A DNA stretch of 64,000 nucleotides from contig CBIHLT010000003.1 of the NCBI GenBank assembly GCA_966210615.1, forward strand, positions 9-64,008. Reading direction: 5' to 3'. The notes under the pieces were generated by a model that saw only the letters and a program-made list of their open reading frames with translations, searched no databases and was not told where the DNA came from. The position numbers were made by a program, and so were the translations under genes. This document shows, one piece after another, positions 52,776 through 61,717 of this stretch. Position 1 is the first letter of the stretch. Each line of letters opens with the position of its first letter. This DNA is from an uncultured Massilia sp. Lineage in GTDB: Bacteria; Pseudomonadota; Gammaproteobacteria; Burkholderiales; Burkholderiaceae_D.

Positions 52776-54851
52776 ATGTTCGCTGCCCTGCACCGCGCTG
52801 CCGCGCAACCCCGAAGCCTCGCGCTGGCCGCGTCGCTCTGCGCCGCGCTGCATGCGGCGCCGGCGTATTCCGGCGATGGCGCGACGCTCACCCAACGCCT
52901 GGCCGATATCCGCGAAGTCAACCGCTTCGTCCCCGAGCGCGCCCTGCCGATGCTGCGGGCGATCGAGGCCGAAGGCCGCGCCGCGCCCCTGGCCGAACGC
53001 GCCGAATTCCTGAACCAGCTCGCCAGCGCCCAGTACGTGCTGGGCCACAACGAGGCGGCGCTGGCCACCACCGAAGAACTGATCGCGCTGGGCCGCGCGC
53101 ACAATGACAAGGTCGCGCTCGCAAAGGGCCTGCTGCGCAAGGGCTATATCGCATCGGGCGAGCACCGCCTGCCGGAGTCGCACCGCCTGATCCGGGAAGC
53201 GGAACAGCTGGCCAAGACCACCCAGGACTTCGACCTGCGCCTGCGCGCGCACATCTCCACCGGCGAGACCTATGCCGAGGAAGGCAACCTGCCGGCGGCG
53301 CTCGACCGCCTGCAGACGGCGGCGGCGCTGGCGCGCCAGGCCGGCGACCCGGTGCAGATCGTGATGACCCTGAATTCCCTGGCCCGCCTGTACGGCCTGC
53401 TGCGCGACCCGGAAGCGGGCCTGAAGGTGCTGGAGGAAGCCACCACGGCGGCGCTGAAGACGGATTCACCCGGCCGCATGGCCACGCTCAAGGACGCCGA
53501 GTACGGTCTGGCGATGGCCGCCCGGCAGTACCAGCGCGGCCTCATGGCGCTGCAGGACGCCCTGGCCCTGGAGCGCAAGATCGGCGCCCATTCGATGGTC
53601 GCCTATACCCTGGTGAACCTGTCGGACTGCTACCTGAAGCTGCACGACTACCGCAACGCCGCCAACTACGCCGAGCAGACCATCCAGGCGGCGCGCAAGC
53701 TCAACGACCGCGGCCTGGAAATCACGGCGCGCCTGAACCTGGGCCAGGCCTACATGGCGCTCGGGCGCCTGGTGGAAGGCAAGCGCCACATCGAGGCCGG
53801 CCTGGCGGGCTATGAAGACCTGGGCGACAAGCCCGAGCTGCAGGCCGTGCTGGAGGAATACGGCGCGGCGCTGGAGCGCGCCGGCGACCTGTCCGGCGCC
53901 CTGCACGCCTACCACCGCGAGCGCAAGATCTCCAACGAGCTGTTCGAGCAGCGCCGCCAGCAGGCCGTGCTCGACCTGCAGACCAAGTACGAGGCCGACA
54001 AGAAGCAGCGCCAGATCGAACTGCTGCGCAGCGAGAACCAGATCAAGTCGGCCGAGCTCGACAACCGCCGCCTGCAGCAGCGCGTCTGGTGGCTGCTGGC
54101 CGTGGTGTTCGCGCTGGCTTCCGCCGTGGTCGGCCTGCTGTACCGCAAGGTGCGCCACGCCAACGCCGCGCTGCACGAGAAGAACCGCGAGCTCAAGCAG
54201 CAGAGCGTGCGCGATCCGCTCACCGCCCTGTACAACCGCCGCCACTTCCTGGAGTTCATGCGCGGTGCTGCAGGACAGGGCGCGGGCGCGCACGGCCCGC
54301 GGGACGAGCAGGCCGGCGCCCTGTTCCTGCTCGACGTCGACCATTTCAAGCACATCAACGACACCTACGGCCACGCGGCCGGCGACACGGTGCTGACCGC
54401 GATCGCGGCCGGCCTGCGCGAGATCCTGCGCGAGACCGACATGATCGTGCGCTGGGGCGGCGAGGAATTCCTGGCCTACCTGCCCACGATCCCGGTCGGC
54501 GGGCTGGACGAAGTGGCCCAGCGCATCCTGAACGGCATCGCCTCCATCCGCGTGCCGTATGGCGAGGGCGAACTGACGGTGAACGTGTCGATCGGCTACG
54601 CCCCCTTCCCGATCGCGGTCGGGGGACAGGTGCTGCCGTGGGAACGCGCGGTCAACCTGGTCGACATGGCGCTCTACCTGGCCAAGTCGCACGGCCGCAA
54701 CCGCGCCTATGGCGTGCGCGGCTTCGCCGATCCGGAAAAGGCCTGCATCGACGAGATCGAGCAGAACCTGGAGCGCGCATGGCGCGCGGGACAGGTGGAC
54801 CTGTCCGTTGTGCTGGGCGAGTGGAAGGAATTGCGGATCGCCAGCGCATAA
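52776..54851 (+). CDS. Periplasmic TPR - TM - GGDEF diguanylate cyclase
   Basis: Signal peptide, TPR-like helices, TM VWWLLAVVF..., RDPLTALYNRR, DVDHFK.IND..GH..GD, RETD (I-site) five residues before GGEEF. Confidence 0.92.
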   Translation: MFAALHRAAAQPRSLALAASLCAALHAAPAYSGDGATLTQRLADIREVNRFVPERALPMLRAIEAEGRAAPLAERAEFLNQLASAQYVLGHNEAALATTEELIALGRAHNDKVALAKGLLRKGYIASGEHRLPESHRLIREAEQLAKTTQDFDLRLRAHISTGETYAEEGNLPAALDRLQTAAALARQAGDPVQIVMTLNSLARLYGLLRDPEAGLKVLEEATTAALKTDSPGRMATLKDAEYGLAMAARQYQRGLMALQDALALERKIGAHSMVAYTLVNLSDCYLKLHDYRNAANYAEQTIQAARKLNDRGLEITARLNLGQAYMALGRLVEGKRHIEAGLAGYEDLGDKPELQAVLEEYGAALERAGDLSGALHAYHRERKISNELFEQRRQQAVLDLQTKYEADKKQRQIELLRSENQIKSAELDNRRLQQRVWWLLAVVFALASAVVGLLYRKVRHANAALHEKNRELKQQSVRDPLTALYNRRHFLEFMRGAAGQGAGAHGPRDEQAGALFLLDVDHFKHINDTYGHAAGDTVLTAIAAGLREILRETDMIVRWGGEEFLAYLPTIPVGGLDEVAQRILNGIASIRVPYGEGELTVNVSIGYAPFPIAVGGQVLPWERAVNLVDMALYLAKSHGRNRAYGVRGFADPEKACIDEIEQNLERAWRAGQVDLSVVLGEWKELRIASA

Positions 54852-54895
54852 GCCGGCGCACCGTCTTTCGAGGGGCGGCGGGCTTCGCCGCCCGC

Positions 54896-55189
54896 CTATT
54901 TCTTGTCCTGCAGCTTCTCCCCCGCTTCCTCGACCTTCTCCCCGATCTTGTCCGTCGCCCTGTCCAGCCCGCGGCTGGCGTCGCGCGTCGCATCCTCGAC
55001 CTTCTCGCGCGCCTCTTCCGCGGCGCGGTCGGCCTTGGCCAGCTCGTCCTTCACCGTGTCCGACACCCGGGCGCCGGCCTCGTCCAGCACCTTGCCGGCC
55101 TTCTGCGCCGGGCCCATGTCTTCCTCGTTGCGGCCGCAGCCGGCCAGCACGACCAGCGCCAGCAGCGCGCCCACCATGCTCGTCTTCAT
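54896..55189 (-). CDS. Small lipoprotein (YtxH/late-embryogenesis-like helical)
   Basis: Lipobox LAGC; GPAQKAGK.LD...K.GEKVEEAGEK. Confidence 0.75.
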   Translation of the reverse strand: MKTSMVGALLALVVLAGCGRNEEDMGPAQKAGKVLDEAGARVSDTVKDELAKADRAAEEAREKVEDATRDASRGLDRATDKIGEKVEEAGEKLQDKK

Positions 55190-55261
55190 CCCGGTCTCCT
55201 TGCTGTCATCCTGGCGCCAGCATACACCCGCGCCCGTTCCGGCGGCTGACGCTACAGCCGC

Positions 55262-56059
55262 TCATTGCCCGCCGCGCGAGGGGTCGGCCAGCGGATGCTC
55301 GCGCCTGCCCTCGTCGATGCGCTGTTTCAGCGCCCGCGTCTCCGCGTCCTCGCCCCAGCGCCGCGTGAACGCCGCCAGGCGCAGGCGCGCCTTGTCGTAG
55401 TCATCGGCCTTGATCAGCTTCTGCACCGCCCCGCGCGTCTCGAACCAGGCCTCGCGGCGCTGCTCGGCGCGGGTGCAAGCCTTGGCCGCGTCGTTCAGGC
55501 GCCGCTGCACCTGGGTCAGCTGCTCGGCCGTCGCCCGCGTCTCGCGCAGCGCGATCAGCTCGTCCTGGGCCTCGCCCGCCTTGCATTCCTTGGCCAGGCT
55601 CACGGCCTTGTCCATACGGCGCTCGATCAGGGCCTTGGAGGGATTGGCCACCAGCCAGGCCAGCCACAGCAGGCCGAGGGCGAGCGCCCACCAGCGCAGG
55701 CGCACGGGCCGGCGCCCGGGCGGCTTGGCGCCGGGCGCTGCGCCGCCCGCGGCCCTGGCGCCCAGGCTGCTCTTCGCGGACGGTGCAGGAGCCGCCTGCG
55801 GCGCCGGTGCGGAAGGCGCAGCGGCGGGAGGTAGCGATGCGGGCGATGGCGGCCGTGGAGGTGGTGGCGGAGGCTGAGGAGGCGGCGCGGCTGCCGTGGC
55901 CGCAGCCATGCCCTCCCATGCCGCCCTGCCCGGCTGCGGCACAGGTGCAGGCGCCGCGCGCTGGGCCGTTCCGCACCACGGGCAAAAATTCACGGCGCGT
56001 GGAAAGCTCCGGCCGCAAGCGGCGTTGATGCATCGGTAGATCGCTTCGTTCTGAGCCAT
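55262..56059 (-). CDS. Zn-ribbon / Pro-rich / single-TM hypothetical protein (tubulin-like operon gene 5)
   Basis: CINAAC...CPWCG, PPPQPPPPPPRPP linker, TM LRWWALALGLLWLAWLVA, helical C-terminus; 9 nt after the tubulin-like gene. Confidence 0.8.
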   Translation of the reverse strand: MAQNEAIYRCINAACGRSFPRAVNFCPWCGTAQRAAPAPVPQPGRAAWEGMAAATAAAPPPQPPPPPPRPPSPASLPPAAAPSAPAPQAAPAPSAKSSLGARAAGGAAPGAKPPGRRPVRLRWWALALGLLWLAWLVANPSKALIERRMDKAVSLAKECKAGEAQDELIALRETRATAEQLTQVQRRLNDAAKACTRAEQRREAWFETRGAVQKLIKADDYDKARLRLAAFTRRWGEDAETRALKQRIDEGRREHPLADPSRGGQ

Positions 56060-56068
56060 GCGGTCCTT

Positions 56069-59000
56069 TTACTCCGGATCGGGAACGCCGTCGTCCGGAT
56101 CGGGGATCGCGGCGCCCAGCAGCGGCGCCAGCTCCGGCAGCGCGCCGACCGTGCTCCACTTGTCCAGTTTCGGGTTCCAGCGCATGTCCCACACCCGCGT
56201 GCCGGCCTCGATCTCGCCGCGCGCCGCCATCTGGGCCAGCTCGTCCTGCGTATAGGGGCCGCGCTGCGCACCCTGCAGGAACAGCTTGTAGCGGTTGAGG
56301 CCTGCCGGGGCGGGCATCGACGGCGCCCGGGCCTTGCGCTGCAGGACCTCGGCGGCCCGGTCGTCGCTGGCCAGGTAATCAGGCAGGATCACGCGCTTGT
56401 CCACCGGCCGCTCGACTTCCCAGCTGTAGGCATCGCCGGCCGAACCGGGCACGGTCTCGGTCCACTGCGCGATGCCGGACAGCGCGGTTTCGATCTGGCT
56501 GGGGGACAGGCCGGGGTCGGCGTTGGCCGCGCGCCGGATCCACTGGTCGTACAGCCGGCGCGCGGTGATGTTCGGCAGCGAGGGCGACGGCAGCTGGGCG
56601 CCGGTCTCGTCGACTTCGAGGCGCGGCTCGTACACGCGCAGCTGGTAGTGGCGCATCAGGGCCGCCAGCAGGGCCAGCTGGTGCGGCCCCATGCCGGCCA
56701 GGCGCGCCTGCACGGCGGCGATCACCTGTTCGCGGTAGTAGGACGGCAGGCCGTTGGAACGGATCGCGTACTCGTTGCCGATCTGGAGCCATTCGCCCGA
56801 TCCCGGCTCGACCTCGAACAGGTATTGCCCGCGCGGCTGGAAGCTCGCCTCGCGGTCCCCGAGGTCGGCCTTGCGCCGGATGACGCCCAGCGCGATCGCC
56901 TGCAGGTACCACTCGTAGTCGTCCGCCAGGCGGTTGAGCTCATCCATCGAGGGCGAGATCGGATGGCGGAAGCGGGTGGCGTCGAAATGCAGGTGGGTCG
57001 GGATCTTCGGGTTCTCGATCTGGTAGGAGGCGCGCCAGGTCGGCAGGCCGCGCAGCACCGTCATCGGGTAGCCCGACAGCTCGATGTAGCACACCGCGCG
57101 CCCAGTGAACCCGGTGTTGACGATGGAGACCAGGTCGCCGTGGAAGTACCCGGTCGGCACCGCCGCGCGCAGCTCCGCTTCCATCTTGCGCCAGGCGCCC
57201 ACGTCGCCCACCCCGATGAAGCACTTGAACTGGTCGGCCGCGGGCGTGAACTCGGCCGAGAAGCGCGCGTTCACCCAGGGCATCGCGCTGCGGATCCATT
57301 CGCCGAAGATGCGCTGGCGTTCCTGCGGGGTGAGCGCCCCCAGGCGTTCCAGCAGCGGGTCGACCGGTTCGGGCTGCTCCAGCTCCTGGCTGGACAGCTG
57401 CAGCTGGGCGCGGCGGAACAGCTTGAGCAGCAGCTCGGAGCGCAGGCGCTCGTCGCCCAGCTGCGGGAACAGGCGCGCCGAGCCGCCGAACTCCAGCAGC
57501 ACTTCCTCGCTCCAGGCGCTCACGTCTCCCGTCAGGCGCACCGGCGGCGGCGTGGTGTCGGCCGCCAGCTTGATATAGGTGGCGTGCTCCTGGCGCGCGT
57601 CGGCGCGCAGCTGGCTGATGCGCTGGTCGGCGGCCGCCAGCATGGCCTGCACCTGGCGCCGGCCTTCCTGGAATTCGCCGGCGATGCCGCTCCATTGCGC
57701 CTGCCCGTGCTGGTCGGTGCTCTGCGGGTCGCCCAGCCAGGCCGACATGCCGCGCATGACCTCGATCGACTGCCCGGCGGACACCGCCAGCAGGTGGAAG
57801 CGCAGGTAGTCGGCGATATCGCGCTTGAGGTGGTTCATCACTTCCCGCGCCTGGGCCTCCTTGCCGAACATGCGCCCGGACGCCTGCGACAGGTTGTTCA
57901 GCGATTCCTCCACCTGGCGGGTGCGCAGCGCGTCGCGGATGTCGCGGTAGCGGCGGCCGTTGCGCTCGGCGTTGGCCAGGTCGCGCTGCAGCAGGCGCGC
58001 CTTGACCTGCTCCAGCAGGGAAAGCACGAATTCCAGCCCGCCCTGCTTGCGGTCGTCGAGCAAGGCGTACAGGCGGTCGCGCACCCGGGTCTTCAGGCGG
58101 CCCAGCAATTCGCCGGTATGCCGCTTGATGCGGTCCTCGCTGGTCTCGGCGGTGGCGCCGGCCTCGCGGATCGCGTCGCGCTCCAGGTTGGGCAGCAGCT
58201 CGGCCACCTTCTCGCGCCACAACGGGATCTCGTAGGAGGCCATGATGCGGTCCATCTCGAGCTGGACCTTGCTCTCGACGCGCTCGAGCAGCGAGCGGCC
58301 GTCGCGGTCCAGCAGCAGGGTATTGGTGAGCGCGTATTCGGGGAAGGCGGTGACGTCCACGGTCCCCTTGCGGAAGTCCGGGAATTCGTCGAAGGGCCGC
58401 TCGGCCATGTCCATCTGCTCGCGCATGAAGCTGTCGCGTTCCTGGTCGCCGGCGCGCCGCGCAGCCGTCCCGTCGGTACTGACCAGCCCGAAGAAGGCCT
58501 TCACCATCAAGCCGGCCAGTTCGTAGGCGCGGATGTCCTCGGCCAGGCTTTGCTGGGTGTCGAGCACCGACTGCCCGAAGGCCGAGTACACCCTGGAATA
58601 CGAGAGGCGCATGTCGCCGAAGCGCGCCTCGGGCACCTTGGGGTTGTAGGGGCCGAGCTTGTGCTGCTGCTGGTTGACCGCCACCGAGCGCTTGCGGTTG
58701 GCGAAATCGGCCGAGGCGAAGTCCTCGAACAGGGTGTCGGCCACCATCTGGTACACGTCCTTGACGTCCAGGGTGGCCTTGTTGGCCAGGTTGGCGGTGT
58801 CGACGAAGTAGACGTCGTCGAAGGGCGTGCCGGTGCCCGCGATGCTGTCCGGCTCCATCCAGTGCACGCGCGCGTTCATGTCGCGCATGGCCGTCTCCAG
58901 CTCCATCAGGGTGGCGTAGGCATTGGCTTCGGTGCGCTCCTTGTTGGCCTTGGCGTAGCCCGAGGGCATGAACAGCACCAGGTCGACCTGGCTGTCCGAG

Positions 59001-59689
59001 ACTTCCTGGCGCGCGATGGCCTTGGACAGCCAGCCCAGGTCGATCGCGCTGCCGGCGCCGGTGCCGCCGGCGGCGGAAGCGATGACGACGATGCGGAACT
59101 TGGAGGTGTCGACCTGCAGGCCGAGGCGCTGGTAGTTCTCCTTGCGCTCGATGCCCGCGTTACTGCTCAGGAAATTGAGCGCGCCCTTGATGCGGCCGCG
59201 CAGCTTCGGGTACTTGTCGAACAAGTACAGCCGCGCCAGCGCGCGGATCTGCCCCGCGCCCTTGGACGGATCGATGCCCAGCGAACGCAGCTTCTTGGGA
59301 CGCAGCGGCATCCAGTTCTCGATCAGCGGGAAGCGCGCCAGGCTGTCGTCGGACTCGTGGTACTGCGGCAGGTCGAGCGGTTCGACCAGGCGCTCCTCGT
59401 CGCTCAGGCGCACCAGCTCGTACCAGGGGTCGGTGCGCTGCGACTTGCCTTCGTCGATCACGGCATTGCTGTCGAGGTCGAAGTGCAGGAAGCGCGCCAC
59501 CGGGAAGTCGCCGATGGATTCCACCCGGGTCGGATGGTGGCGGTTCCACACGGCCGACAGGATGCGGCGGCGGATGCGCATCATCACTTCCATGCCGGTG
59601 CCGCCGGCGCCGATGAACAGCGTGGGCCGCAGGTCGACCTTGAGCTCGGTCTTGGCGCCCAGGCTGCCGGGTTTGGGGAAATCTGCCAT
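56069..59689 (-). CDS. Tubulin/FtsZ-like GTPase (Tubulin_2/FtsZl1-type) with a long helical region and a C-terminal GYF_2-like domain
   Basis: IGAGGTG (T1), KGAGQIR (T3), SAAGGTGAGS (T4 signature), ANAYA, DDVYFVD. C-terminal GAQRGPYTQDEL...GEI...TRVW.......W. Confidence 0.88.
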   Translation of the reverse strand: MADFPKPGSLGAKTELKVDLRPTLFIGAGGTGMEVMMRIRRRILSAVWNRHHPTRVESIGDFPVARFLHFDLDSNAVIDEGKSQRTDPWYELVRLSDEERLVEPLDLPQYHESDDSLARFPLIENWMPLRPKKLRSLGIDPSKGAGQIRALARLYLFDKYPKLRGRIKGALNFLSSNAGIERKENYQRLGLQVDTSKFRIVVIASAAGGTGAGSAIDLGWLSKAIARQEVSDSQVDLVLFMPSGYAKANKERTEANAYATLMELETAMRDMNARVHWMEPDSIAGTGTPFDDVYFVDTANLANKATLDVKDVYQMVADTLFEDFASADFANRKRSVAVNQQQHKLGPYNPKVPEARFGDMRLSYSRVYSAFGQSVLDTQQSLAEDIRAYELAGLMVKAFFGLVSTDGTAARRAGDQERDSFMREQMDMAERPFDEFPDFRKGTVDVTAFPEYALTNTLLLDRDGRSLLERVESKVQLEMDRIMASYEIPLWREKVAELLPNLERDAIREAGATAETSEDRIKRHTGELLGRLKTRVRDRLYALLDDRKQGGLEFVLSLLEQVKARLLQRDLANAERNGRRYRDIRDALRTRQVEESLNNLSQASGRMFGKEAQAREVMNHLKRDIADYLRFHLLAVSAGQSIEVMRGMSAWLGDPQSTDQHGQAQWSGIAGEFQEGRRQVQAMLAAADQRISQLRADARQEHATYIKLAADTTPPPVRLTGDVSAWSEEVLLEFGGSARLFPQLGDERLRSELLLKLFRRAQLQLSSQELEQPEPVDPLLERLGALTPQERQRIFGEWIRSAMPWVNARFSAEFTPAADQFKCFIGVGDVGAWRKMEAELRAAVPTGYFHGDLVSIVNTGFTGRAVCYIELSGYPMTVLRGLPTWRASYQIENPKIPTHLHFDATRFRHPISPSMDELNRLADDYEWYLQAIALGVIRRKADLGDREASFQPRGQYLFEVEPGSGEWLQIGNEYAIRSNGLPSYYREQVIAAVQARLAGMGPHQLALLAALMRHYQLRVYEPRLEVDETGAQLPSPSLPNITARRLYDQWIRRAANADPGLSPSQIETALSGIAQWTETVPGSAGDAYSWEVERPVDKRVILPDYLASDDRAAEVLQRKARAPSMPAPAGLNRYKLFLQGAQRGPYTQDELAQMAARGEIEAGTRVWDMRWNPKLDKWSTVGALPELAPLLGAAIPDPDDGVPDPE

Positions 59690-59725
59690 ATCGATTCTCT
59701 TTCCGTGTACTTGATTCGGCCTGCC

Positions 59726-60184
59726 TTAGCGGCGGCCGGTGAACAGCGCCGCGACCAGGGCCACCACCCCGACGATGACCAGCGGCCCCATGACCCCGAA
59801 GCTCAGGTAGCGGCTGGCGTTGATGATGGCCAGCACCGCCGCCGCGGACAGGAAGCCCAGCCCGATGAACAGCAGCCAGCCCGCCGTGCCGGCCGACGAG
59901 GGCGCCACGCGCCGCACCACCAGGTGGTGCACGAAGGCGTTCCGCACGAAGAAGTAGACCACCAGCAGGATCACGAACACCACGGCGCCGATCGCCAGGT
60001 CGCGCGTCGAGGTGTCGGTGGCCGGCGGCATGTCTTGCGTGCCCGGCACCACCTCCACCGGCCGGCCCGCCGTGTCCGGCGCGGTCCGCGGCAGCGTGTC
60101 TTGCGGCGAGGCCGATTCCTCGGGCAGCTTGAAGCCGGGATCGGCGGGCGACGGCGCGGCGGGTGGCTGGGTTCCTTGCATCAT
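59726..60184 (-). CDS. Pro-rich N-terminus, three-TM membrane protein (operon gene 3)
   Basis: Disordered Pro/Thr-rich first 60 aa, then three hydrophobic segments; gaps of 12 and 36 nt to its neighbours. Confidence 0.8.
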   Translation of the reverse strand: MMQGTQPPAAPSPADPGFKLPEESASPQDTLPRTAPDTAGRPVEVVPGTQDMPPATDTSTRDLAIGAVVFVILLVVYFFVRNAFVHHLVVRRVAPSSAGTAGWLLFIGLGFLSAAAVLAIINASRYLSFGVMGPLVIVGVVALVAALFTGRR

Positions 60185-60196
60185 GGTCCTCTCGTC

Positions 60197-61717
60197 TTAG
60201 CGGCCGAGCCTGACCTGCGCGCCTTCGCGCAGGTCCAGCAGCTGGTGGCCGAACAGGGTGGTCTTGAGCTGGGCGACCTGCTGCCCGGCCTTGTCGTAGA
60301 TCGGCTGCGTGGTGCCCGGCCGCGCGCGCATGGTGCGCAGCTCGTCCTCCACGGTGAGGTGGGCGAGGCGCGGACGGGCGTAGGCGTAGGCCGCGGCGCC
60401 CGCCGCCGCCAGCAGCGCCAGCCCCGCGCCGCCCAGGGCGAGCAGCGGCCCCATGCCATAGTGCACGCGCACCTCGACCGGCAGCACGGCGGTCGAGGCC
60501 TGCACGCGCGCGGGCGGAATGAAGATGTCCGGCAGCGGGTCGCCCGGGAACAGGTCCGCCATGCGCTGGCGGAAGGCTTGCGACAGCTCCAGCTTCTGGT
60601 TCGCCAGGTGCAGCTGGATGGTCCCGGGCAGCACATAGGCCGAGCCGGCCGACTTCATGGCCTCGAGCGACCATTTGTCGGGGATCTGCGCCACCGGCAG
60701 GGTCATGGTCGAGCCCAGCGGGGCCGGCCTGCCCGGCGCCAGCGCGCTCACGCGGCTGCCGGCGAGCGTGATCGGGCGGTCCTCGCCGCCCAGCACGGAA
60801 CGCGCGCTCAAGGTGGCCGAGGAAATCGTGTACGGATACATCGTGTTCTCGAGATTCCATTCGATGCGCGCCGTGGGCTGGCGCGCGTCCGGCGCCACGT
60901 CGGCGCGCAGCACGCCGTTGGGCGCGGTGGCGAAGCGCACGCCCGCCGCGTTCTCCACCTTGCGCGGGGCCAGGCGCACCGTGTCGCGGTCGAGCGGCTT
61001 GAGGCGCGCGGGCGGTTCGGTGATCACGCGCTCGACGCGCCCGGCGGCCAGCAGCGCGTCGAGCGCCCTGCTCCCTTCGGCGCCGGCGGCGAAGGCGTAC
61101 ACCATCAGGCCGTTGGCGCTGTAATGCTCGCCCTTGACCGGCATGCGCAGCGGGAAGGCGAGCGCCTTGGCGATCGCCGCGCCGCCGTGGATCAGCTGGT
61201 AGAACTCGCGGTTGCGCGCCGCCGTGGCCTGGTCGTTGTTGGGGCTGTTGCGGTTGTTGGTGAACAGCCAGACGATGCCCGGCTTGCCGCCCAGCGCCTG
61301 GCTGAGGGCGGCCTGCACCGCTTCGCCCAGGTCGGTGTCGGCCAGCGCGCGGCTGCCCGGCTTGCGCGCGGTCTCGAGGCCGCGCAAGGCCTGCGTGATT
61401 CTTTGCGCGGAGTCCTGGCCCGCCTTGAACGACAGCAGCGCCCGCGGCGAAGGCGCGCCCGGCAGCGACTGGTTGAAGGCGGCCAGCACCACCGCCTCGC
61501 CCGGCTGCACCACGCTGCCCGCCAGCGCGCCCACCAAGGGCTTGAACTGCGATTGCGGGTCGCTGTAGAAAGGTTCCATCCAGCCGGAATTCTGGACCAG
61601 GAAGACGTGCGGGATGGCGAAGGCCCAGGCGGGAAAGCCGGCCAGGAAGATCGCCAGGGCGGCCGCGGGCAGCATGCGCGCGAGCTTCGGCAACCGCGTG
61701 GGGAATGGCGTCCTCAT
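60197..61717 (-). CDS. Exported, C-terminally anchored vWA-like protein (operon gene 2)
   Basis: ATG 61717 overlaps the upstream stop. Signal peptide to AWAFA, VFLVQNSGWM (MIDAS-like strand 1), DTDLGEA, WLFTNN, TM LLALGGAGLALLAAAG. Confidence 0.75.
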   Translation of the reverse strand: MRTPFPTRLPKLARMLPAAALAIFLAGFPAWAFAIPHVFLVQNSGWMEPFYSDPQSQFKPLVGALAGSVVQPGEAVVLAAFNQSLPGAPSPRALLSFKAGQDSAQRITQALRGLETARKPGSRALADTDLGEAVQAALSQALGGKPGIVWLFTNNRNSPNNDQATAARNREFYQLIHGGAAIAKALAFPLRMPVKGEHYSANGLMVYAFAAGAEGSRALDALLAAGRVERVITEPPARLKPLDRDTVRLAPRKVENAAGVRFATAPNGVLRADVAPDARQPTARIEWNLENTMYPYTISSATLSARSVLGGEDRPITLAGSRVSALAPGRPAPLGSTMTLPVAQIPDKWSLEAMKSAGSAYVLPGTIQLHLANQKLELSQAFRQRMADLFPGDPLPDIFIPPARVQASTAVLPVEVRVHYGMGPLLALGGAGLALLAAAGAAAYAYARPRLAHLTVEDELRTMRARPGTTQPIYDKAGQQVAQLKTTLFGHQLLDLREGAQVRLGR

